Made by a program: the position numbers and the translations under genes
The notes under the pieces: model-generated
Databases searched by the model: none
Told to the model about the DNA's origin: nothing
The model's input: only the letters and a program-made list of their open reading frames with translations
Origin: Phallusia mammillata
Taxonomy: Eukaryota
Length of the DNA: 64,000 bases
Assembly (NCBI GenBank): GCA_965637545.1
Contig: OZ281497.1
Coordinates: forward strand, 15,872,001 to 15,936,000
Reading direction: 5' to 3'
In this document: in pieces, positions 1 to 10,527 of the stretch
Layout: the number at the start of each line of letters is the position of its first letter
Numbering within the stretch: position 1 is the stretch's first letter

Positions 1-44
1 TTTACGTTACAAACAAAAACAACGCTGTCAGTTGTTGTGTAGAG

Positions 45-842
45 CAGTGCTCCGCAACCGGTGTGCCGCAATACGTTGCTGGGTGTGCCGCCGCAAAAGC
101 GTACCTTTTTGTTTTTAATTTGTTTTTTTGTATTTTATCATTATAGCAAATGATACAGTACACAACACCAAACCAAAGCTACACTACTCACGACACATTC
201 ATGTTTTATTACATTATAAAATACTTTATATTGGCTTAATGCAGGGGTTTCAAAACACGCGGCCTGGTGTGGCCCTTAGAGGGTTTTATAACTAACTTTT
301 AAATTTTAGGTGTTTACCTCAGGTGGAATACCCTGTCAGACCACCGATTTTAAGTAACGATTATTCTTTATTAGTGATGGCTAGAAATAAATGCGATGTT
401 TTAATCCTGTGATGGAAATATTCCCTCCAGTGGAAAATCTGCAATTCCAATTGTTGCGTCATATTTTTCAATTGTTTCGTCATTGTATGCCATTGGTTTC
501 GCACATAGTAGTTTAATTCACTTGTTTTTTTAGTTTGCTAAACTGTACATATGTTTCTTGTTTATTGCATCGCAAATGTTTTGTGCACATAAAATGACGT
601 AAACGCACAACATTTTTAAGCACATGATATTTGTATTCATATTACTTTTTTAAAAAAGTTACAATAGCACGCTCTTTACTAACGTAAAAAATGTTTTTGG
701 CCCTCAAAACGTTTAAGACCCCTGGCTTAATGCTCTTTTAGTCTTTCAAAAAATTTCAAATCGCATCTTCGGTTCGGGTGTGCCGCCCAACATTTAAAGC
801 TTGTATGGTGTGACGTGCGTGAAAAAAGGTTGCGGAGCACTG
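45..842. mobile_element. Non-autonomous hAT-like MITE (outer element of a nest)
   Basis: Perfect 15-bp TIRs CAGTGCTCCGCAACC (45-59) / GGTTGCGGAGCACTG (828-842). The flanks (gtgtagag / gcctaagg) do not form a clean TSD. Confidence 0.75.
242..724. mobile_element. hAT/Charlie-type MITE nested in the 45-842 element
   Basis: Imperfect TIRs CAGGGGTTTCAAAAC / GTTTAAGACCCCTG; exact 8-bp TSD GCTTAATG (234-241 and 725-732). Confidence 0.85.
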
Positions 843-1074
843 GCCTAAGGGAATGGCTCCCAACTCATTTTAGGGCATAGACTAATTTAACAAATAAAAA
901 ACAAAAGAACTGGGCACCACATTCCTCCCCTTCATTGTTTTTAAAGTATGTAAACTAGTAACTACATCTGGGGTGGATCTTTAATTTTCGAAGACTTAAT
1001 TGTTTTCACAAAATGCTAATTATTGCCTTGTATTACGCATATTTGGTAAGCAACGAAGTAAAATCACCTGATGT

Positions 1075-1256
1075 CAGTGGCGGCTCGTGCCTAAAATTTC
1101 TGGGGGTGCTGCTCCAATTTTTAGCCTTTATTGAACAAATATAAGTTGGCAACATATAGAAAAGCCACATTTCTAGTTTTCTAGTCATTGTTTTGAGTAG
1201 AAAAACAAGTAATACAAATCTTAAGCTCCGCAGCACCCTAGCACGAGCCGCCCCTG
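1075..1256. mobile_element. Short non-autonomous DNA transposon with GC-rich TIRs
   Basis: TIRs CAGTGGCGGCTCGTGC / GCACGAGCCGCCCCTG (1 mismatch in 16); exact 8-bp TSD CCTGATGT (1067-1074, 1257-1264). Confidence 0.85.
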
Positions 1257-1370
1257 CCTGATGTTATATGCAGGTGCGACCCGCGAGCTAACTTTGGCTT
1301 TTGTTTTTGGCCCCACAGTAACAAAGGTTACCCACCCCAAGTATTTGGATTTAACTTGAAGCGTTTGGAC

Positions 1371-1804
1371 TTGTGGTTCTCAACCGGGGGTCCGCGACAA
1401 CTTCTTAATTCCCGCAAAACGAGATTAATAAATCGCGATTTGAAAAAAAACGCTTTGGTGTTTAAAAAATAGCATGGAACTTATTTGAAAGCATTCTTCG
1501 TAGGCGACAAACCACAGTGCATTATGACATCTAAACCCCATTGTGATGCAACAGACGTAAATTGTCAGTGGACAACAACGTCACATTACACTGTAATGGC
1601 TCTTTCTTGTTGATTCCCGATGTCGCAACCCAGAAAAAGGGATTAAAATTTTGGTCCTGGACCGAATGTGGTTGTAACTTTATGCACCATGTTTTGGTTG
1701 CTTGTTAATAAAAAGGACGAAAATACCTAAAACTTCTAAGGGGTCCGCAATTAGATTACAGCACCGAAAAGGGTCCTCGAAGGCAAAAAGGTTGAGAACC
1801 ACTG
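1371..1804. mobile_element. Degenerate hAT/Charlie-type MITE
   Basis: TIR-like ends TTGTGGTTCTCAACC / GGTTGAGAACCACTG and internal GGGGTCCGC motifs near both ends; TSD not conserved. Confidence 0.6.
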
Positions 1805-1998
1805 TACTAGACCGAGAAGCAATAATTAATAAACCGGCAAATATAAGTCTAACTAATTAGAACTGATACATAGAGTTGCAAGTTAATACTTAACCGTGTT
1901 TGTAAAATAGTACCTGTACCATTAAATATTTAAATCAAGTTTTGGATTCTTTTATACTTTGGTGTTAATTGCTAATTGCTGTTTTCTCTTTAATTGCA

Positions 1999-2127
1999 AT
2001 TCTATTTGAATAAGACTTCTTGAAATATTTCTGTCGCTGATAACCAAATAAACCAACAATGTAGTCAACGGATTATACAAGTGGTGTTTATCTCCAAGGA
2101 ATCTTGAGGCAGCAGTTTGAACCATAA
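1999..2127 (+). pseudogene. Spliced-leader-containing relic: probable retrocopy of the 5' end of a trans-spliced mRNA
   Basis: ATTCTATTTGAATAAG at 1999-2014 is identical to the Ciona 16-nt SL as I recall it. It is not followed by a GT donor. A 44-nt UTR-like segment follows, then aacaATG (2059), an immediate TAG, and 20 more open codons to TAA (2125-2127). Confidence 0.5.
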
Positions 2128-3089
2128 ACTTAGTAGCCTAAGGCTTAAACCTATTGCGTTGTTAATTCGTGAGAGTAGCAGTACTTTGAAGCCCGCGTGA
2201 ACCTCCGCAGACCCCTAAAGGACCGCGGACAGCAGTTTAAGAACCGCTGTTCAGCAATTTAGCGACATAAAAACAGATTGACTGTCGGCCCTAACGAAGG
2301 TTCTCGAGTTTAAGGTCGACCTCCTCAACATCTACGTTAAAGGGTAGTTGAAAAAAAATCCCCATCACAGTAAAAAAAGTTGCCACTAACGATTATACAG
2401 CTTGTCTGATTTGCTCTCTATTTGATTTACAGTTTCGGCTATTTACTGCCAACCCAATCATATTTAACTGGGCAGGAATATAAATCGTTTACTTTACTTC
2501 TATAAGCTTTTAAAATTAAAAACAAACAAGTCCTTTCCACATCGAGGAAAACAAGTAATCTATACGATTGACGCTGAAAACAATCCACGCCAGAATATAA
2601 TAATCAAAATTACACAACTTAAAACGCTGATATTCATCGCAAAACATGAAAAACGGTTTTGTCGAATTACTATACTACTAGAAAAAGAATCTTAGAACAT
2701 TAACAGAACGACATTTAATAGGCAGAAACGGTTACTTTTTCGTCACTTTTTACAAATCGCCAGTTTTTGCAAACTTTCATTACAGGATTAAATTACACAA
2801 ACATTTTCTTGGCGTTGTGATTAATAGATTACATAAGTAAATAGATGCACAAGGACACAGTAAAAACATTTTTCCACAAACCATGCAAATTTTGACTATA
2901 TTTGTGTGTGAATTAGCCTAAAATTTGAATTACAGCATTTGTTTCATACATGCGTTTATCATCACAAAAGTGTGTAGCCACTACATTAAACCCCAAAATG
3001 AAACCTGCCTATAAACCAATCAAAACCACAAAGCTGAAAAAGCGAAAATGAGCTACACGAAAGAACTGGGTAGTAGACAAACACACACA

Positions 3090-6000
3090 TCATGCATAGT
3101 AACTGGGCGACACAAGAAGATCTGTGAGGGTTGCCAGCTCATCACTGCTGAACTTCAATTTATCCTCATGCCAGTTGTCATGATGTGTTCGCTTGAACTC
3201 AGACAATGTCTTTTGCACTGTACCCTGTATGGGCTGTGGGTCATGCAAATGTTCGCTTAGTTTCATCAACACCTGGGGCATCCAGTCAGTAACAGAGTAA
3301 GGGGACGATAGCACACAGGCACTTAAAATCAAAACCCCAGAGTGACGCTTCAACAGTCTTTTCTGCAATTCACCTTCTGGAACACTTTCAGGAGCAGCTT
3401 GCTTCTTCGACTTCAACCTTGTTCGACATAAGGAATAAGCATGTTTAAGCAAGTCATCAGAGCACTTCATAACCCCACACTGGATCAAGCCACTGAGTGT
3501 TACACTTGCCATTTGACAAACCTCATATTGTTCGTCTTTAAGCAAATAAAATATAACACTTTCAAGGGACTTCACATGCTGTTGACTCTGTTGTATAGCA
3601 AACAAATTGCTGTAAACAAAGACCTGAATATAAGGCAGAATGGAATATCTAGCATGCCAAGATGTAGTTGTAGAAATGTTTTCCACGGCTTGTAAAACAT
3701 CTGGTATATCCTCCGCTTGAACTAGACTTTGTGCAAAGCATGAAAGACACAAACGAGTGTCTCTATGCAACTCCTCATCAACAGCTTGGACTGCTTGCTG
3801 TTCCACTGGGTACATTTTGCAAATCACTGGAAGCAACTTCAACAATGGGGTTCTGAAAGGCTGCAGCATACTTCTTTGTGCACTGACTATCCACTTTAGA
3901 ATGCTTTTGAAGATTCTGATATTCTCACTTCGTTCATTGTCTGTATCAACAGACATTGCCATTGAGTCATCCACTGGCTCTCTGACATCATCAGCATTTT
4001 TGGATTCTTTTGCCAGGGAAGACAATAAATCTCTTGGCAAAACATTCTGCATGTGTGACAGGTTTGATATGTCCGGTATTGGTGAACCAGGAGGCAACAG
4101 CTTCTTAAGACCATTTTGTATTTGCTCAATCAAAGCAGGGGGTAAGTTGGAAACGCCACCTTCTTGCACAGCCATTGCTACCGGCATGCTGAATTCCTCC
4201 AATGATTCCAGGATACTGCTTGTAGAAGGGTAACTGTGAACAGACGACTCCGATGAGGCAGAACTAAGTGGTGGTGTATCTTCTGAGAGCAAGCTTTCTA
4301 ATTTCGGTAGCAATGATGCTATAAGAGTTTCAATTTCAGGTGTTCTTTTGGCAGACTGCTTTCCAAGTAATTTTATGTCATACAAAAATACACTTGCAAC
4401 AAAACAACCAACACGGTTTCGTATGTTTTTGTATGGGTGTCCAAGTCTACATTCAACAAGCTTCAAAATTCTATGCATTAGCTCTGGAACACGCCACTCT
4501 TGTTGATGAATGCCTCCCTGCAACACATACAATTTGCTACCTTCAACCAAAGCTGTTGGACTAGCAGTTTCAGATTCCTCAACCAAAAACCTCAGGACCC
4601 AGTGGATTCTCCTAGGATCTCTGTTTTGTACTAGGTGACCAAAAGCTTGATCCCAGTCCTTCATTGTTTCAGAACTAATGTTAGCAACAGCCGTTCGTAA
4701 AACAGGTATAACCCACTGCCACATGCTTTCCACCTTTTCAAAGTCCCAGTGCTTGGAACCCATCACCATTCCAGTAATAATCTCAGCTGCACATCTTTGG
4801 TGAGTTTCTTGTTTTTCCTGCACTAACCTTTCAATGTGGGGACGAAACAGTGGCACAAACACATCCCCAAAATTTCTAAACAAACCTCGGAATAGATCCA
4901 TTCTTTTGCTGTCAAACTTGTCTTTACCTTTTTCATTCTCAAGACAGAAATATTCAATCAACTTTTCCACAAACTCTGGGTCCATGAAATAGTTTTGTAC
5001 TTCAACTTCATCATCATCCAACTCTGCCAAACTGCGGTTGAGTTTTGGTTGTTTGTCGAATGGAGCATATGTTTTAAGATGCTTGGGCCAGCAGTAGTAA
5101 CCCCAGTGAGTCTTATCAATAAACACTGTGTTTTCAAATTTCTCTTTCGTCAAGGGTAAATCACTGCTGTTAAACTGGTGCCAAGCATTGTCTGGTCTAT
5201 CACCAGGGCACATGGTACTGGAAAGTGAGAGTGATGTAATTTCTGTCACAGTTTTCCACAAAACAACATGGTTTCGTTTTAGTTGCTTCATGATGGAAGC
5301 AACACAAGCAACTGCTAATCGGCGTATAGATAGTGTATCATCCAACAGCAGTGTGATGTATAGCTTTATAATGCGTGTTGGTGGCCTAATATCGTACCTC
5401 AGCAGGAGTGACAGCATGCCAAGAACCAGTTGTGCATGTTTCCAAGTTAGTTTTCCACCATCATACAAGTCAGCCAAGTCATTTACCAATGTCAAATATA
5501 CTTTCCTGTTTTGTGCATTCTGTTGTTCACAGTAAGTAATTCCCCTCACAGTTGCTTCAGAAGTGTTAAAATCTTTAACTTTTGGAAGTGAGTCTGAATT
5601 AAACAAGTTCACTGCAGCTTGCATGCAAGAATCTGTAAAGTGAACATCAATGGCCATCATGTTAAAGGAGGTTTGAATTTTCGCAGCCAGTTTCTCATAC
5701 AACTTAGCAACCGAAAGCTTATCCGAATGTGGAGCATCAATGAGGGCTGGCCAAGTCTGCCTAATAACATCCCAGTTATGTAAATAGCCCAAGAATTGTC
5801 GACTTTTCATCTTGCCAAGGAGTAGATACAATGATCCTTTGAACTTTTGGTGTGAAACTGCTTGATTTTTATCAAGATTTTTCAAAATTACTGGCAAATA
5901 ATGCTTGTATGCATTAGATGGCATCAGACCCAGTCCATGAAAAAACAATGACTGTGCACTCTGTCGTACCTTCATGTAATGTGAAGTAGACATGTCAATA

Positions 6001-8927
6001 AGATCCATCATTATTGAGTGATGCATATTTGTGTAAAAGGACCTTTCGACAGCAAGCACCCGCATAGAGTGTTGCAATGAAGTTCGGTCAACCAAACAAT
6101 GACGTGTTCGCCTCTTATTTTTATGCAAGGGGTCACTCATCAGGGTTTTGTAGGTGGAAAAAACTTTCCAGTTTTGATCAAACAAAGCCTTTTGTCCCTC
6201 ATGCATTAGAGCACATTGACTGTATACATGCACAATCTGGCAAATAGCTTTCACATCATCCTCATGTTCTTTTAATGTGGTCTGAAGAGTTTTTCTGACC
6301 ACTTCAAATATACGGTGTCTCCAACCTACCCGATCATCCTGTTGCATCACTGTTTTGTAGTAGGGCAGACTCTCTACAATGGATACAGGCCAACTGGTAA
6401 AGTCAATAGGTGAATCGTTGGGTACATCTACCAGATCTTTTTTCTCAACAGGAAGGAGCTGGTAACAGCCAGCAAGAACATCATGTAGCAACTTCAAGAT
6501 TTTTCGCAAATCCTCTTTTGACAAGTCTTCCAACCCTCCATTGTATTTCTTCAATTTGTCCAAGTGTGGTGAAATAAATCTGTCAAGAATGTCAAAGCAA
6601 GCTTCCAGTTCCATTTTACTTGGCACATGCCAGGATATTTCCAATTTCCATGGATCAGTTGTGGCTCCCCAATCATCAAGTGCAAGATATGTCTTTGGGT
6701 CCTCATCAAAGCTATGGGAAACACTGCGATGTTCAGTGATATAAAATGTGCTCCACCCAATAAGGCAGTTCTTCAACAGGTGTGTGGCCAACATATAACC
6801 CTGTTTGACTTTCATGTCATAGACTAGCTGCACAACCTCTAGCAAACTGTTATTGTATGTCAACAAATGCTCTGTACCAACATAACAAATTTCACATAAA
6901 ATTGTTACATCCCATAACAGTTTTTTGTCCATTTTTTCTTCAGTTTTGGCATCAACATTCTCTTGGAAATGGTCAATTATAAGTTCACAGAAATGAGGAA
7001 TAAACAAGGCATATGCCTTTGAGGGGTTTGCTTTCACAGTAGCAGCGAACAAGCTAGATGCAGTTGATAGTGCTGCATTGCCTTCAAGAAGATTGTTGGT
7101 GGAAAATTCAAATACCCTTTTCAGACAGCTTGAGTAGATATCCAAGGATGATTGCTGTAAAAGCAAGGATGCAGAGGTGACTAGTAATTTCTTTGTCAAA
7201 TTTTCTGTTGTTGTGGTGTGATGCTCAGTATCCTCTGTATGTTCATGTGACTGTGCCCCATGTTCCTGACTCAAACTCTCCAAAAACATAAAACAGCGGT
7301 CGAGAAATTGTAGGGCAAAATCTTTGAAACCAGATGTGGAGTAGCACAGCCTTTTCTCATCTTCTGACAAACCAGGTTTGTATTCAACTGCTTCACTACA
7401 ATCTACAACTGGTATCAATGACATGCAAGTGCTTATAAACTGAAAAGCATACATGGACTTGGGAAGGTCATTGGGATCAATTGCTGGAAGACATTGCAAC
7501 AACAGAGGAATAATATGGTTTCTTATTTCAGGGTAACCATGGATACCAGGGCCAAGGGTGGAAGAAAGAGCAGAAAGACAAGCCCTAGCCTGATGAGGTT
7601 CGGTAAGTGTTTCCAAAGCAATGTATGTCTTTTCAAGTAGTAAAGGGACAATGCTTTCTGGTTTCAAAAATGCAAGGATTTGTAAAACCCTCGACCCGAC
7701 AAGAGATCCGAGTTTGCCATACAACATTAATACAGTAACTGGCTTCAAAATCTCCACAAATGCTTCTATGTCCTCATCTCGAATTAAGTGGGATTCTGGT
7801 ATCTTTGGCTCCCAAAATTTCTTTTTGTGTCTCTCCCTGAAGAGTCTTGCCGAAAACTTAACTGTTAGTTGCTGTAGGAAACTGCTTAAATTTGTAACCC
7901 ATCGTCCATGGTTTGAGGGGTGAAAATAGGACTCAGAAGCATCAATGAGGCATTTTAAATTTTTAAGGATACATTCTGTGGCAGGTCCACCAAACATAGA
8001 CACAATCCAAAGACAACAGGTATCCATAGGCAGAGCTTGTGCAAGTGCAGTTGTGTGCTGGAGTTTGCCAACAGGTAGCTGAAAGGATCGAAGAACACGA
8101 GTAAACAGGGTGTCAATGACTGGCCTCCAGTCAATTAGTCCAATATTGTTGTGGGCCAAACGAGCAAAGAGATTAACAAAATGCTTTTCCCAACTAGGAC
8201 CATTTCTCACATTCTTCCACAGTGTAAGAAACTCCTCGATCCACAGCTTCCAAGAGGCATTTTGCTGACTTTCATCAAACACAAGTGTGGGCAAAAACAA
8301 ATCCAAGTAAAGACATCCTTTTCCCATCACAATGTCATATGGACAGAGTAATGGTCTCCATTCATCCAACATATCCCTGGTTGTTTCAGGTGGGAAAAGT
8401 GACCTGCAGTTGCGAATCAAGCTGCGTAATTTACTGTCCATATTCTGTGGAATCCACTCTAAGCCCATGGGTTCCATTTTAGAATAAGACAATCTTTCTG
8501 AGAGCTTATGCAAAGGTTTCCAATCAAGTGTTACATCAGACCGGGTTAACAGTTCCCTTTTCTTCAAAAGTTTGACAAGAATGTTTGCAAATTGTTCAAC
8601 CAGGACACCTTCCAGGTGGGGTAGGGTGATCAACTCATAAAACAGCTTAACAAATAAAACATGATCTTCTTTTGTAAACTTTAAGCCATACAGACGGATG
8701 TATCTTGTCAACTGAGAAGTCCAATAAATTACACCGGGCCTCAAATCTCTCAGAAAAACTGCTTTTAACAAATTGGTCTTAATAGCAGACAAGGCATGGT
8801 TGGATTCCTCAATAATGCAATCAGAATAGGGCAAGTGTTTGTTATAAACAACTTCAGTCTGGGGTGTGGATTCGCATCTTTCCATGTTGAAAGATTGCAG
8901 TCCCTTGTTATCATTCATGTTTAACAT
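3090..8927 (-). CDS. PSME4: Proteasome activator complex subunit 4 (PA200/Blm10), 1945 aa, single coding exon
   Basis: N-terminal VYNKHLPY..LLKAVFLRDLRPGVIYW, HEAT-like body, C-terminal RHSGVLILSACVLSSPYSVTDWMP..FKRTHHDNW and terminal SPSYYA HbYX motif all match PA200. A splice acceptor (ttactttttag) lies 2 nt before the ATG; a possible 5' UTR donor GTAGGT is at 9440. Confidence 0.97.
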   Translation of the reverse strand: MLNMNDNKGLQSFNMERCESTPQTEVVYNKHLPYSDCIIEESNHALSAIKTNLLKAVFLRDLRPGVIYWTSQLTRYIRLYGLKFTKEDHVLFVKLFYELITLPHLEGVLVEQFANILVKLLKKRELLTRSDVTLDWKPLHKLSERLSYSKMEPMGLEWIPQNMDSKLRSLIRNCRSLFPPETTRDMLDEWRPLLCPYDIVMGKGCLYLDLFLPTLVFDESQQNASWKLWIEEFLTLWKNVRNGPSWEKHFVNLFARLAHNNIGLIDWRPVIDTLFTRVLRSFQLPVGKLQHTTALAQALPMDTCCLWIVSMFGGPATECILKNLKCLIDASESYFHPSNHGRWVTNLSSFLQQLTVKFSARLFRERHKKKFWEPKIPESHLIRDEDIEAFVEILKPVTVLMLYGKLGSLVGSRVLQILAFLKPESIVPLLLEKTYIALETLTEPHQARACLSALSSTLGPGIHGYPEIRNHIIPLLLQCLPAIDPNDLPKSMYAFQFISTCMSLIPVVDCSEAVEYKPGLSEDEKRLCYSTSGFKDFALQFLDRCFMFLESLSQEHGAQSHEHTEDTEHHTTTTENLTKKLLVTSASLLLQQSSLDIYSSCLKRVFEFSTNNLLEGNAALSTASSLFAATVKANPSKAYALFIPHFCELIIDHFQENVDAKTEEKMDKKLLWDVTILCEICYVGTEHLLTYNNSLLEVVQLVYDMKVKQGYMLATHLLKNCLIGWSTFYITEHRSVSHSFDEDPKTYLALDDWGATTDPWKLEISWHVPSKMELEACFDILDRFISPHLDKLKKYNGGLEDLSKEDLRKILKLLHDVLAGCYQLLPVEKKDLVDVPNDSPIDFTSWPVSIVESLPYYKTVMQQDDRVGWRHRIFEVVRKTLQTTLKEHEDDVKAICQIVHVYSQCALMHEGQKALFDQNWKVFSTYKTLMSDPLHKNKRRTRHCLVDRTSLQHSMRVLAVERSFYTNMHHSIMMDLIDMSTSHYMKVRQSAQSLFFHGLGLMPSNAYKHYLPVILKNLDKNQAVSHQKFKGSLYLLLGKMKSRQFLGYLHNWDVIRQTWPALIDAPHSDKLSVAKLYEKLAAKIQTSFNMMAIDVHFTDSCMQAAVNLFNSDSLPKVKDFNTSEATVRGITYCEQQNAQNRKVYLTLVNDLADLYDGGKLTWKHAQLVLGMLSLLLRYDIRPPTRIIKLYITLLLDDTLSIRRLAVACVASIMKQLKRNHVVLWKTVTEITSLSLSSTMCPGDRPDNAWHQFNSSDLPLTKEKFENTVFIDKTHWGYYCWPKHLKTYAPFDKQPKLNRSLAELDDDEVEVQNYFMDPEFVEKLIEYFCLENEKGKDKFDSKRMDLFRGLFRNFGDVFVPLFRPHIERLVQEKQETHQRCAAEIITGMVMGSKHWDFEKVESMWQWVIPVLRTAVANISSETMKDWDQAFGHLVQNRDPRRIHWVLRFLVEESETASPTALVEGSKLYVLQGGIHQQEWRVPELMHRILKLVECRLGHPYKNIRNRVGCFVASVFLYDIKLLGKQSAKRTPEIETLIASLLPKLESLLSEDTPPLSSASSESSVHSYPSTSSILESLEEFSMPVAMAVQEGGVSNLPPALIEQIQNGLKKLLPPGSPIPDISNLSHMQNVLPRDLLSSLAKESKNADDVREPVDDSMAMSVDTDNERSENIRIFKSILKWIVSAQRSMLQPFRTPLLKLLPVICKMYPVEQQAVQAVDEELHRDTRLCLSCFAQSLVQAEDIPDVLQAVENISTTTSWHARYSILPYIQVFVYSNLFAIQQSQQHVKSLESVIFYLLKDEQYEVCQMASVTLSGLIQCGVMKCSDDLLKHAYSLCRTRLKSKKQAAPESVPEGELQKRLLKRHSGVLILSACVLSSPYSVTDWMPQVLMKLSEHLHDPQPIQGTVQKTLSEFKRTHHDNWHEDKLKFSSDELATLTDLLVSPSYYA

Positions 8928-10527
8928 GCCTAAAAAGTAACAATAAAACTGATAGCTGTAAAATAATATTAATACATTTTTGCTACAGGTGAAAGGCTAG
9001 GAACCAAAACATAGATTTTAGCGTCTTAATTGTGTAAAAAAAATAAAAAAAGAACCAAATTTACAATTTTGCTCTACAATGTCAGACTGTCAGTTTTTAT
9101 TTGTCATTTTAGAAAGTCTATCCAATCCATGCAGCGGATGTACGTAAATAACAAATTTACAGCATATCTGTAGAAATCTGTTTGAAAGTGCGCCGCTTAC
9201 AAGAAAAAATCTATAATTTAAACAAATCCTTAGCAAGGCCATGCTTTCGAATCTGAACACATACCCAACATTACTATTATCATACTTACATAAAATGACT
9301 TCCTAGATGGATTAACCAAAGTGGTTGACTCTAAAAACAAAAGATACATTTGTTAGTTACTGATTTTCAAATTCATTAATTGACTTTTATTCACTTTGGC
9401 TTAGTAACAAAAACAGAAATCTAATCCATTTGCAACCTACCTTGTATGATCCAGCGAAAACAACATTAAAGTAGAATTCTTACACCCAAGTTGAGAACAA
9501 AACGCATTGTTTGTTTTTACATCAGTTTTATACTGTGGAATAGAAGAAAAATTATTAACAAAAATTAATATATTTTGTTTTAAATACATATATTAGACAG
9601 ATTTAAGACGTTAACTTGTCTCTAACATGACTCAAACAAACTATAATTGCCCGTCGCCTGTTATAAAGACGTTCTGAAATAATCTTTTCACGTGATGTTG
9701 TACAAAATCATTATGACTTGAGTACTTCAATTTTTCTCAAATCGAGCCATTGTCGGGAAACTTTGACGGTACCACAGGAAACTGTATGAATTTTGTTGCA
9801 ACATTTCATATTTGTAAGGAGGCTATATGTGGACGGGAGTTTATATAGATATAGGCGGACGCGGTAGCACTTTGTTTTTCTTGGATGGCGTTAAATTTTC
9901 TGAATACATCCCACTGCCACATAAATTTCCACCGTACATAGCAATTTGACTTAATTTTCCACGCAGATTAAAAACAATTTCTGTTTACAAACAAGGGCAA
10001 TTCTGAGAACATTTGTCATTCTGCAAAACATACCATAACCATTTGCAAATACTGTACACATTCATTTATGTTGTTTATTAAACACAAACTTTTCAAATGT
10101 CTTTTAGTTTGCGGAAATGCAAGAGAACGCAGATACCGTACATATGGGAATTCCCCGCTTTTGTTATTGTTGTTTTGTAATTTTGTTCCTTTGTCGCAAA
10201 TGGATGTTGTGGTGTCGTTTTTAAAGCTTTTTCTATCGTTATCGAGCAGCTAAAGATTTATAATTTCGATGAACTGCTGTAGACAAATTGTTGATGCACT
10301 GTGGAGAGTGATGGGAAACTGTTTTCGCACCGAAACCACTGATGATGACATTTCTTTACTACATGACGAAAACAGCGATCAAGGTGAAAGCCCATCCCCA
10401 CCTCCTTATCGTCAATATGCTCAGGTACCATTATAAGAGTAGTGATACGGTCAGATGTGAATATTACATTTTGTTTATGTATTGAAAACTGAAGTAGCAT
10501 TCAATTGGAGAACTGTACAGTTGTACG

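Noticed and set aside
1999-2060. SL RNA gene
   Set aside because: The 16-nt leader is not followed by a GT donor, and no Sm-site-bearing intron portion is evident.
3441-8482. Plus-strand ORFs of 65-158 aa inside PSME4
   Set aside because: Antisense shadows of the long CDS with no recognisable domains.
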